A stretch of DNA of 32,000 bases, taken from assembly GCA_018985225.1 (NCBI GenBank), contig JADGIF010000027.1, positions 1-32,000 of the forward strand, written 5' to 3'. Below, piece by piece: positions 18,424-29,219 of the stretch. The notes beneath the pieces are model-generated. The model saw only the letters and a list, made by a program, of their open reading frames with translations, did not search any database and was not told the DNA's origin. This stretch comes from Amoeboradix gromovi X-113 (Eukaryota > Fungi > Sanchytriomycota). The translations under genes were made by a program, and so were the position numbers. Positions within the stretch are counted from its first letter, which is position 1. Every line of letters begins with the position of its first letter.

Positions 18424-18855
18424 TTATTTAGAGCTCGATACAATATTCAGAATTTGCTTTAATTCTCTTTCATATCTTCTGGCTGCGTGAAAGTCAACAG
18501 ACTTGTAAGCCCTAATGTAGATGTTGTTAGAAATAATTTTAGACTTTTGAAATCCTTTAGCATCGTATTGCTGTAATTCGACTGGCTTTTTATTGGCGCA
18601 ATTAAAACTTTCAGAGGGCTTCCAATAAAGTACTTCAGCATAAGTAAGCTTGTTTGAAAAACTCAAAAGTTCTTCTTTGCCAACTGCAAGGGCGCTATCT
18701 TGTTTGTGTTGAACTTTTTTATTAGCAAAAAAATTTAAGTCTCTGGATTCTTTTAACTTAGTTGGGCTGCTCCAACCAAAAATTTCATTTGGATTGAATG
18801 TAGAGTCTAGATTATTTGGTTTTCTCAAATCCTGAGTTTTAGTTTTTTCTTCCAT
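18424..18855 (-). CDS. Hypothetical 143-aa protein
   Basis: ATG-initiated ORF with AATAAA overlapping the stop codon, as in neighbouring genes; no recognisable domain. Confidence 0.55.
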   Translation of the reverse strand: MEEKTKTQDLRKPNNLDSTFNPNEIFGWSSPTKLKESRDLNFFANKKVQHKQDSALAVGKEELLSFSNKLTYAEVLYWKPSESFNCANKKPVELQQYDAKGFQKSKIISNNIYIRAYKSVDFHAARRYERELKQILNIVSSSK

Positions 18856-18929
18856 TGGCCTTCAGGGTGCAATTAGAAATCTTTAGCGAATCTTCATATG
18901 ATTTTAATAATTGCCACATCATTTATTTT

Positions 18930-20967
18930 TTAAGCCAAGTAGTGGTATGTTTCCATGTCCTCGTCATCTCTTTTCAAATAATCTCTCTCGATTAATGAAT
19001 TTATTCTCTGTTTATACAAAGTAGTATCTAGCGGATACTTCAGTTCATCCATGGTTTGTTTATACAAGTCGTCATGTCTCAAGTGCCTCCTTGTCTTCAT
19101 AAGCCTTACAATTATTGCTTCTACTTGGTGCTGCCGGTCTTCGAATACTTTTGCTCTAGTCAACGCATCTTCTTCTACTGTTTCTTTTAAAGCCATGCTT
19201 GCTAAAGGAATTCTGTACTTTTTGTGGGTAAATCTTGGATTTATAGTAAAGCTTGATTCTAATGAGAACTCTGCACACTAAATTAGCACGAAATACCTCA
19301 CTAGTGCATGATATTATCATGGCTTTTGGATTCATCAAGGATATCAAGGTATTCTTTAAATCTGGTTCGCTCAAACCCAACAACAATTTTAAATCTTGAA
19401 AAGTCATTGACTGGGATGTAAGGATCCCGTCATTCACATTCCCACCTATTGCCAGCAGTACACTAGCTTGCAAGGCGTTGCATATCAGCTCTTTTTGTTG
19501 TGCAAACCTACAGACAAGTACAGTTTTGCTCAACAATGGCACAAATACAATCTTCTTCATTTTATTTTTCTGCAGATGATATTCCATGAATTTGGAGTAG
19601 ATAGAGTTAAGCTGTTCTGGTAACTTCAATTCTTGTTTTGGATAACTTGGCCACTTGCTACTTGTTAAGATTGTGCCTTGAAAATGAAATGGAAGCGGGA
19701 TTATGTTACTCTGCATCATTGCTGAGAATGAACTCGATTCTTCATTTGACGCCATAATATCAGAGAACATGCCCTCTAAATGTTGAGTATTATTTGAGCC
19801 TATTTCTAATTTCATTTTGTACACAAACTGTTTCTCCTCGTCCATTGAAGCACTTTTTTGTAGTAATAATCTACGAGCTAGATAAACCTTATAGAACGCA
19901 ATATACACATCCTTGTCTTGCAGACATCTAAACAAAAGTATGATAAAATCCGAAGTTTGCTCAAATGGTAAATCAATATTACCACGTAACAGGCTGTCGG
20001 TGTATTTAACAAGCAATTCAGTTGTATCTTTACCTATTGATCTTGTCATGTTTATTGTCTGTTGAAATGCTTTTTTGTAGTGATCTATCCATGAGAATGA
20101 GCTAATCAACATCAATTGACATCCGTGCATTAATTTGATCCATTCTTGCATTACCTGATCGTCAGGTAACAGTAAATATTTGCTAGATTCTTTTATCAAG
20201 TAGTCTTCTAAGTAGACGCCAAAAACAGACATTTGATTCGCATCATGGAGCAAATTAAAAAAGTTTGATATTTGCTCAGAACTTAATGAGAACAAAGAAT
20301 CGAATTGTTTCGGTATTATAGAAATATGAACAACAAACAGACATTCCAGCAATAAAGAATGCACTTTTGCTTTGATCTCGGAATAATAATTTTCAGCAAT
20401 TTCTAGCTCGACTGCAAACGTGCTAATGATGAATGATATGAATTCATTTAAACTACATGGAACATCAACATGCATGTAATGATCGGATAGAACATCTAAG
20501 ACATGCTCATTGAACCTGGACGTGCATTGAAGTTGATTAATCATTTGGATTGCTTGCTCCGATTTGTACTTCATAAAATGATCAAAAACCTCATTAGTGA
20601 GTAGAGCACGATATAGCATCAATAGGGTAGTATATATATTGGCTTGCTTGGTATTCATATAAGCCAGGCAAAGACTTATCTTTTTAACCTTAGATTCATA
20701 TCCATAAAAGTGTTGTACGTTGGTAGGGTCCAGGTCTGTGAGAGATTGCTTACATTGCTGAACAACCCAGTCTAGTAAATCTTTATTTTTGTGGTATAGA
20801 ACAAGTTGGCGAACCAATTCATAGGATTTGTGCGTATCGCATTGTTCTTCGGATAATATCTTAGAAATTGTGGATTTGACAGTTAATATGGATGAGGATA
20901 TGTAGTTATTGTCGATGGCTGGGGCAGAATTGAAGGTAATCTGAATCTGCTTACGTCTGTTTAACAT
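18930..20967 (-). CDS. CUL4: Cullin, CUL4-like; exons 20967-19297 and 19277-18930, about 672 aa
   Basis: KDVYIAFYKVYLARRLLLQKSASMDEE, LEGMFSDI and the Nedd8 domain VFEDRQHQVEAIIVRLMK...LIERDYLKRD...YHYLA, joined by the 19-nt intron. Confidence 0.88.
19278..19296 (-). other. 19-nt intron GTATTTCGTGCTAATTTAG (phase 0)
   Basis: Contains GCTAAT; excision puts FTINPRFTHKKYRI and the neddylation domain in frame. Confidence 0.92.
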
Positions 20968-21540
20968 TTCAAAAACTCCTTGAAGTTCCACCAATATCAA
21001 AAATAAATTCACACCAATGTAAGTGCTCCTCATTTACTAGAACGGGTTTCTTAGAATATCAACAATTTCCTAAGAAAAGCCTAAAATATTTCAAGTTTAT
21101 GTCCTTTGTTGCCTTTGGTCTCTGTCCGCTTATAAATTGCAGTTTGCGCATGTGTATTTCCCCAAATTGGTTTTATTTGGAGAAATACACCTTCAAATAC
21201 TTTTCTAGTAAACACTTCATTACATTCCATCAGCGTCTTTCACTTTTATTCGAGCGATAATTCATTTTAGACCACTTTTGTACTAATAATGTGTTACATC
21301 TGAAATATTCTATCTGTGGTGATTTCAAGTCATTTTCATTGATAAAAAAGGCAATATTGTACTATGACGCAGTAAAATGATCTAAAAAGAGAGGAACATG
21401 AGGAAATCTGTTAGATTAACATAGGTTTGTTTTTCTGACACTCGCTTTTGCAAACAGGCCATCTTTCATACAGCATTTCACCTGTGCTACAATCGCAAGT
21501 CAAATAAGCTTCGAGACCAACAGTTGTTGAAACAATTAAT

Positions 21541-23334
21541 TTACTTTTCCAAACATGATTTTTGATAATCATATATATCAGTATTAGGCCACTCTGTCAT
21601 CTTTCCGTATTCTACAACAAACATCTGCTTAAAACTGGTTGTCGATGAAAACACAATTTCTATAAACTTAACATCGTGCGAAACTAATATCAATGCTCCT
21701 TGGAAGTCTCTCAATGCATATGCGAGCGCTTTCAATGAAATAATATCTAAATGATTACTTGCTTCATCCATGATCAAAACGTTTGGTAATTGCAAGCTTA
21801 AAGCACTAAATGACACTCTACTTTTTTGCCCTCCACTCAAACTCTGTAATGGTTGCAACGCTAAATCACCAGTGATTCCAAATCTTCCTAAATGAGCTCG
21901 GTACTGCTGCTCAGTTTGTCCAGTCTTTACTGTTGATAAATATTGAACCGCATTTTGGTCCATATCCTGGAAAGAATCTACATGATGCTGGCTAAAATAT
22001 CCAATTTTAGTGATTCCGTTTGTTATAACATCACCACTGATTGGCGCTTCAACTCCCATTAGCAACTTGAGAATGGTAGACTTACCAGCACCGTTATGGC
22101 CTACCAGAATAGTTTTACTATTCATTCTGATACCCATATCCATGTTCTGCACAATATTTTTGGTCACATTGGGATATTTGAAAGTAACATCTTTCAATTG
22201 AATTAAGGTAATTTCGCTCACTTCTGGTTGTTCAAATGAGTACGGCACTACAGGCTGATCCAACTCTGTGATTTCAGGTAACTCCACATCTTTCATCTTC
22301 TCAATAACCTTTAGTTTAGATTGAGCTTGAGCAGATCTAGCAGCATTAGCTCTAAATCTATCAACAAACGCCTGTAAGTGGGCCTTGTCTCGTTCATTGT
22401 TCTCGTATTCTCTAGTTTGCTGTTTAGTTAGCTCCATACGAGTTTTTTCAAACATAGTGAAATTGCCCTTATAAGATTTGATTTTCTGATTAAACAAATG
22501 AAATATATCTGTGGCGATTAGATCTAAAAATGACTGATCGTGCGATACTACAACTACGCTACCTTGGAAATCATTATTCAAATAGTTAGCAAGCCAAGCA
22601 ACAGCCGGAATGTCCAAATGATTAGTAGGTTCATCCAAAAGTAATAAATCAGGGTTGACAAACAATGCTTTTGCCAACGCGACTCTCATTTGCCAACCAC
22701 CAGAGAAAGTGTCTAAAGGCCATGATAGTTGATCATGCTGAAAACCTAGTCCAATCAATAAAGCAGCAGCACGAGATTCAGCGGTATGAATATCCAGAAT
22801 GTCCATTTCATCGTAAATATCATCTAACTCTAATTCCAACTCCTTGGAAGATTTGCTTTTCTGAATCAGGTCATTAATTTCTGCTTCACGGCGAATTAAG
22901 TACTCTCTTACTTGATCAGCCTTTAAAACAACACTTAAAATAGTGTCATCGCTTTCTGTCAATTCTTGTTCTACATAACAAACTTTCATGTGGAAAGGGA
23001 CATCTAATTCACGGACAGTGATCGCATGCAACAAAGTAGATTTACCAATACCATTCATTCCAATTAAACCATAGCGACGTTGATGAGAAATTTTAATATC
23101 GGTCTCTTTCAGCACAGTTAATCCATAAAGATTCAAAGTTACATTTTCCAACATGATATCCATAACTCTGTCTTCCTTTTGTGCGAGATATTGTTGATAT
23201 GCCTCTTCGTTACTCAATGCAACTTTCTTTTTTTCCTTCGAGACCTTCTTCTTGTTCTTTTTATCCTTTTTATCACGCTTCTGTTGCAACTTCTTTTCGG
23301 CTTTTGCTAATGCTTCTTGATCTACTATGCTCAT
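21541..23334 (-). CDS. ABCF-family ATPase (Gcn20/ABCF3-like)
   Basis: Two nucleotide-binding domains (GMNGIGKST, FSGGWQMR, LDEPTNHLD; GHNGAGKST, LSGGQKSR), the linker FVDRFRANAARSAQAQSK, and no TM segments. Confidence 0.93.
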   Translation of the reverse strand: MSIVDQEALAKAEKKLQQKRDKKDKKNKKKVSKEKKKVALSNEEAYQQYLAQKEDRVMDIMLENVTLNLYGLTVLKETDIKISHQRRYGLIGMNGIGKSTLLHAITVRELDVPFHMKVCYVEQELTESDDTILSVVLKADQVREYLIRREAEINDLIQKSKSSKELELELDDIYDEMDILDIHTAESRAAALLIGLGFQHDQLSWPLDTFSGGWQMRVALAKALFVNPDLLLLDEPTNHLDIPAVAWLANYLNNDFQGSVVVVSHDQSFLDLIATDIFHLFNQKIKSYKGNFTMFEKTRMELTKQQTREYENNERDKAHLQAFVDRFRANAARSAQAQSKLKVIEKMKDVELPEITELDQPVVPYSFEQPEVSEITLIQLKDVTFKYPNVTKNIVQNMDMGIRMNSKTILVGHNGAGKSTILKLLMGVEAPISGDVITNGITKIGYFSQHHVDSFQDMDQNAVQYLSTVKTGQTEQQYRAHLGRFGITGDLALQPLQSLSGGQKSRVSFSALSLQLPNVLIMDEASNHLDIISLKALAYALRDFQGALILVSHDVKFIEIVFSSTTSFKQMFVVEYGKMTEWPNTDIYDYQKSCLEK

Positions 23335-23444
23335 TATCTCTGTGTATACTCCTATTTCACAAATATCCCCTGTTAAAATGAGATAAACGTAAATTATCTT
23401 AGATAACGAATGGCGCAAACAGTAAATCAGGCAATTTCTCCTGG

Positions 23445-23866
23445 TTATGAGTCTTGATTTCCGAGAAAATCGAGAATTTCCACAGAGAAACTAATGCTAG
23501 TTTCTCCGTTACAATGATCGCTCACGCTTTCACTACCCTGAGGCGGGATTGAATAAGGATGCATATACTTGATGTATATGTTCCTTGCAGCCATATGTTC
23601 TCTATCTATTTCCAAATGACAATTGGTACAGGTGCAAGTTTCTAAGTTGGTTTTCTTTAGAGTACCACACCTTGTACATGTCTGACTAGTAAATGATTCA
23701 TTGCATTCGACCATCGTCGTTCCTCTTTGCTTACACTTGAACTTCAAGCGTTCCTTGAATGCGTAATGGGACATTGTAGCGATGTTTCTTGCGACCTGGT
23801 CAACAAGCTACTTAGCATCCGGCTCGTATTGAACGAGGGTAAATATATCAGATCATACGTCTTTGT
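23445..23866 (-). pseudogene. Truncated Fanzor2 (IS607-TnpB-derived) C-terminal fragment with one frameshift near 23805
   Basis: TYDLIYLPSFNTSRM / VARNIATMSHYAFKERL / CNESFTSQTCTRCG...CTNC...IDREHMAARNI; the N-terminal part is absent. Confidence 0.85.
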
Positions 23867-24050
23867 ATGCTGTGCCTGTTAGTTATTTCTTTAGAATTGA
23901 CATATTCAGGATTACATCTATTTATTCCATTTACCGTTTGCGAAAAGGAAGAATATTGAGTGTTTAAGCTATTAGAAAAATCTGGAAAAGTCTTGAAATG
24001 ATACAAAAATATATACAAATTCGCGATAAATGATTTATTCAAGAAAACAG

Positions 24051-24413
24051 TCAAGCTGTTGGAAAATTTGAAGCTCTCGTTTGCATAAACCCTGGCTGGT
24101 ACATGCGCTGCATAAGAGCTTGCTGATACATAAGTGCTTGCTGGCTCATAGGTTGCTGGCTCATAGGCTGCGGGCTCATAGGCTGCGGGCTCATAGGTTG
24201 CGGGCTCATAGGTTGCTGGCTCATAGGTTGCTGGTACATTAATGCTTGCTGGCTCATAGCTTGTTGAGGCGTGAGCTGTTGACCAGCAGTTCCTTGTTGA
24301 GCCATAGGTCCTTGTTGAGGCATAAACCCTTGTTGGGGCATGAATCCCTGTTGAGGCATAAACCCTTGTTGTGGCATTAGAGGTAGCGCTAAGGATATTA
24401 AATTTAAAAGCAT
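24051..24413 (-). CDS. Small secreted Gln/Met/Pro-rich tandem-repeat protein (120 aa)
   Basis: Hydrophobic leader MLLNLISLALP, then (MPQQGF)n and (PMSxQ)n repeats with third-position variation between units. Confidence 0.75.
   Translation of the reverse strand: MLLNLISLALPLMPQQGFMPQQGFMPQQGFMPQQGPMAQQGTAGQQLTPQQAMSQQALMYQQPMSQQPMSPQPMSPQPMSPQPMSQQPMSQQALMYQQALMQRMYQPGFMQTRASNFPTA
24135..24377 (-). repeat. Coding minisatellites: 15-bp units (about 24135-24236) and 18-bp units (about 24290-24377)
   Basis: Tandem ggctcataggytgc/ytg and ggcatraaycc units are visible directly. Confidence 0.85.
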
Positions 24414-24705
24414 CAAGTAGTCATCTCTGTTTCGCTATACTCAAGTACTTTCATAAATTTCACAAATGGTCACAAAATCCTGCCGCAGTTGTACCGAATA
24501 TTGATACAAGCTTACAACACCCAAGCACCTTGACATCTGTGAATATCTTTTAACATACAAGTAGGTACTTTTAAAGTGTTTTTAAAATAAATAAGTTTGA
24601 CAAAACCCGAAACACAAATTTAACATGTCAAAAATCCATGCAAGCAGGATTACTCTGCAAATCGCAGTTATTTTGATTCCGTTTTAAAAATATATTTATT
24701 AAGAG

Positions 24706-27700
24706 TTATGATAAGACAAAGGATGACTTTCTTGTAGAGTTATTATTTTCTTGCTCATATCTTTCTGTGAGCCTCCTGTAATAGTCTAGTCCTCTCACCC
24801 ACATATTCTTATCTTCTATAGAATTAGCAAAGAAATATAAGGTGTTTGCGCTTTGTAGGTTCTTCACATCATGGCAAGTTAAAGACACCATCTTTTGACA
24901 CTCAGAATGAACTGTAAATCTGCAAGCTACATTAGTTACTAATACTGTCACACTGGCTTATCTGTACTGGGTTGCCTGTTATCATTTCCAAGCATAAATC
25001 ACACGACACCTCTTGCTTCACATAACCTTCTTTAAAATAATGCCCATTTTCAGGTATTCTAGCTGTGTCTAGTTCTTGTATGGATGCTAGCACATTATCA
25101 TTGTCCTTCTTCCATTTCTCTAACTCCATCCTTAAATGAGCTAGTCGCTTAAGCGAATTTTGCAGTTCTTTATTTAAGTCATCGCCAGATTTCTTCCAAA
25201 AATTTGCACTAGACATCTTTTTAACACCCTGAATGAATTGCTCTTCTCTTTCAATTGCCTTTTCTACTTTTTCTACGTATGAATTATGTTGGGTAGTCTT
25301 TTCTTCTATTTCAACAGTGGGATCTTTCTCCAGAATAGATTGAATCTCTAAGTCTATGGAAGAGATCAGGTCTCTACTTTTTTCTAGTTCATGCAACACC
25401 TGGGCACGTGCACCCTCTGCTGCAAAATTCAAGTATTTCTCCGCGCTAAGTTGCATTCGCTCTTCAACGGCCAGCCTTCTTTTTAAAGACAATAACTTTT
25501 GTCCGTTGGACAGTTTAGTTGGCGCTAGATTAGCTATACTGTCTTTTTGTAGCGCCACACTTGGTAATTTCATAAATTGAACTTTGAAACCTAGATCAAA
25601 ATCTTTAGATGACAGTCCACCCAATTCATGAACGCCTATTTGAGATATTACAAATATTTCCGATTTAACGTCTACTTGAATGCTGCCTTTGCCCTCATCA
25701 TTCAGGTCTTTCTCTCTTTCGTAACCCCAAAGCTGGAATTCCTTTAAAACTAAAAACTTTTTTCGAAAGCCTTTGCTTATTTTGTCTCCCTTTGGCATAT
25801 TAACCCATCCTCGTAACATTATTGTATCACCGTTATTACTTATTGATGCGGATACTGTTAACTTACGTTTCGTTGGTTTGGCAGCCACTGGAGGTTTTAC
25901 TTCATAACTCGACTTACGGCGACTGGATATAGCAACATTAGGTGTTAAGTTAGTGGTATCTGCTTTCGATGATGGGTCTCCCATAAGAATAAGTTGACTG
26001 AAATCAGCATCAACACTTATATTATCCTTAAAAGTGTTATCTTTTATGGAAGAGCTTCCATCCTTAGTTATTGAGTCCCTCTCGAGATCTTTTATTCTCT
26101 TATTGGCAACTTCCAGTTGTAACGATAATTCACGAATTTCACCTCGCTCTCTTTTACCACCACCTGCCTTGTTGCCTTTAATTTCTTTCTCCATGGATTG
26201 CAATCTAGCAAATAAACCTTCTTGTTCTGAATGCATGGCATCGGCTTTCTTTCTTTCTAAGTCTCTTGAATGTGTAAGCTCAACAACCTTCTTCTCGTTT
26301 AATTCATACTCTATCCTTAATTTGGCCAAATCCGAAGATTGTTGTTTAAAATCGGCAGATAACTTACTAATCTCACTGTCTTGCAGTCTCACGAATTCAT
26401 CTTTGGAGGCTACAACTCGCTTAATATCTTCCAAAGTGTTTTCCAACTCGAAGTTTAAAGTGTCCTGTTCCGCAGCTTTCGCTTTAAGCATTAGTATCTC
26501 TTTTTCCTTAGCTCTTAGCCGTTCTTCAAACTCGTTTCTAATTTTATTTTCATTTGCAGTTCCATGCTTCAATGAATGAATTTCTTTACTTAATATGGTT
26601 TTTTCACTTTTCATCGTCTCTAGAAACTGTATCAGCTCGTCTCTCTCTCTTGTGATCTTTTCTAATTTGTCGTTTCCCAAAAAATCTTTCATAGAGAACT
26701 CGTTTTGAATCATAAGTGTGTTTTGTCGCTCCTGATTCAGCAGTGACTCTTTTGCAGCTAATTGTGCTTCTAGATCTGCATTTATTGTTTGCTCACTTTT
26801 TAATTTGGCTTCCATCATCTTTAAATCAGCTTGTAAACTATTTTTAGCCATGTCTGCCTTGCTGAGTAATCTAGACATTGCTGATTCCGAATTGGCATCA
26901 CCATTCGTTGACTTGCTCTTTAGACCAGATATCAAATGCTCATTCATTGAGACTTGTTTTTCCAGCTCGAATTTGGCAGCTGTTAACTTTTCTATTTCGG
27001 CTGATTTCTTTTCCAGATGATCTTTTAGGGTATTGATTTCTACAGAGTTGGAATGCTGCATACTCTCCATCATGTTAACACGTTGCTCTAGCTCGGCAGT
27101 CAATTTGCAGGAATTAAAATATCTCAGATTTAAATCAGTCAGCTCAAGTAATAGCTTTTCTTTTATCTTGATTTCTTGCTGATAAAGTGTGTTGATCTGC
27201 TCCCCGGTATTGTCTTCCTGAGCTCTTTGGAGTTTCTTTGAAAGTTCATCTAATTCCATATCTCTTTGACGCAAAACAACTTCCAAGTTCTCTAACTGCA
27301 ATTTCCCGGACTCGAAAGCTCTTGTTGTATCCCTAGATTTAATTTCCACTTCCTCCTTTTCTAGCTTAAACTGCTTTATTTGTTTCTCGAGCTCAGTAAT
27401 CTTTGCATGATTCTTATCTAAAAAGGAGACCATTTCTTTTAGTTCAGCTTGAGCATCCTTTAAAGCTTTGTCTATTTTGTTTTTATCGGCAGCTAAAACT
27501 TGCAATTCTTTGTTGGATTGTTGTTGCTTCTCAAGTTGTAACTTCATCTGAATCATTTCGTTAGATATCTGCGAATTGACAGTCTTCAAAGAGTTAAGCT
27601 CAATGTTCTTCTCATCCATTTCGTTTTTGGACCCATTATTTTGCAGTTCAGCCGCACCTGATGATGTAGGAGTAACATTTAACATGTTTCCGCGATTGAA

Positions 27701-28901
27701 ATAAAATCCGATGAAAGGAAGTTGAAATCCTACTTGTGGCTTAGATTTTTGTAAATCCTGACCAAGTATCTCGTCTTCAAAATCAGGAAAGTTGGAAGTG
27801 TCATCCTCTGTAGCCAAATTAGGTACAAACGGTGGCTTCATAACGCGAATGTTTTTAAAGTCTACTTTCCTAAAGAACGGATGTTTCTTTATTTCATCAA
27901 CACCGTTTTTACCAAGTCTTTTCTCAGCCGGTAGAAGGAGCTTAAATAGCAAATCCTTCAGTTCACCACTTAAGGTGACATCCTCTGGCCATAAAAGTGA
28001 ATTTGGGGAGCTCATGATTTTTCCATATGTTGTAGAAAGATTTTCGGCATAAAATGGGGGATCCCCACAAACTATTTCATATAAAATAGTACCAAAAGAC
28101 CACCAGTCGCATTCTTTCCCATAAGAGACGTTTCCATCGGTAGCTTTTAATATTTCAGGGCATATGTAGTCAGGGGTACCAACTGATACCTTGGATCTAC
28201 ATTTATTGTCCGAATCTAATTGTATAGCAGCCCCAAAATCTGCAAGTTTGATATGGCCGTTCTTTTTGATTAGAATATTATGGGGTTTAAGATCGCGATG
28301 AATGAAGTTCATGCTATGCAGCTCTTCAATGGCTAGCAATATTTCTGCACCATAAAATCGTGCCACATCTTCAATATTCATGGACTGAAATGCGTCATTT
28401 TCCAAAAGATTAATTAAATCGCCACCCGGTATATACTCCATGACAAGATATAAGTTGGTTGCATCTTGGAAAGCGGACATTAAAGTAGTTATCCACTCAC
28501 ATTCTTTTCCTTTCACCATAACATTTCGCTCCTCGAAATAAAATACATTCTCTTGACGTAAAACTATTTGCTTGTTAAGAGTTTTTAACGCATACAATTG
28601 TTTATCTAGCTTAGATCTAATCAAAGACACAGTGCCAAACGCTCCTTGAGCTAAAATTTTGATAAATTCATAGTCTTGTAAACCCACACGTAATTCCTGG
28701 ATTTTTTTGACAGCAGGTCCAACTAAATTAACATGAAGTACATTTTTGAACAAACTTTTGCGTGTGGTCGGACTTTATGTGTTGAAAGTCCTCGAATAGT
28801 GCTGTCAACGCGTCTACCAATGCTTCCAAATGAACTGGGGGATCTTGTAAAGGATTCTCATCATAGATTTGTTTCTTTAGCGTCTCAACTCGATTTTCCA
28901 T
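24706..28901 (-). CDS. ROCK/MRCK/DMPK-family AGC kinase; exons 28901-28742, 28722-24946 and 24926-24706, 1385 aa
   Basis: N-terminal cap LEALVDALTALF; kinase motifs HRDLKP, DFG, VGTPDYICPE and YGKECDWWS; long coiled coil; split PH domain containing HR1-like helices and a C1 domain. Spliced length is 4158 nt. Confidence 0.9.
24927..24945 (-). other. 19-nt intron GTATTAGTAACTAATGTAG (phase 1)
   Basis: Excision completes the C1 domain (QCD-T-CRFTVHSEC). Confidence 0.92.
28723..28741 (-). other. 19-nt intron GTACTTCATGTTAATTTAG (phase 1)
   Basis: Excision joins an ATG-initiated 160-nt first exon, encoding the DMPK-family N-cap, to the kinase domain. Confidence 0.9.
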
Positions 28902-29219
28902 GAGTCTAGAGTATGATGCAACGCACTGTGGCTTGATCTCTAGACTTCAATCAAGAATGTTGAAACTCAATAATTTATGAGGTGCAATTTTTAACGCATT
29001 TTGCGCTTGTCTTTAGATTGACTTTGGGTATATATATGTAGGGGTATTTAACTTCGACTATTCAATACAAAATAATTGTTTGGAGATTTTTAGAACGCTA
29101 TTTTCTAACAGCACAATATTAAAAAACTATAAACTCTCACTTTATCCCTAGTGTCAATCAATTTCATCCGAGCAGAGCTTAACGCCGTCATCACTTCACT
29201 GATATAAAGGAGTTAGGTC

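Noticed and set aside
19278-19296. Introns being U12-type because some start GTAT
   Set aside because: They lack the RTATCCTT donor and TCCTTAAC branch consensus.
23370-23389. Roughly 19-nt GT..AG segment upstream of ABCF on the minus strand
   Set aside because: Does not fit the consensus (no GTAYT, no A at -6) and has no upstream ATG exon.
24135-24377. Tandem repeats as a CRISPR array
   Set aside because: Units are contiguous, 15 or 18 bp, with no unique spacers, and read as a coding repeat in a eukaryotic context.
26034-26579. Long antisense ORFs (also 2307-2615, 6995-7330, 11885-12214, 25356-25580)
   Set aside because: These are shadow frames opposite real genes, Ser/Leu/Phe-rich as expected from antisense of Lys/Glu-rich codons.
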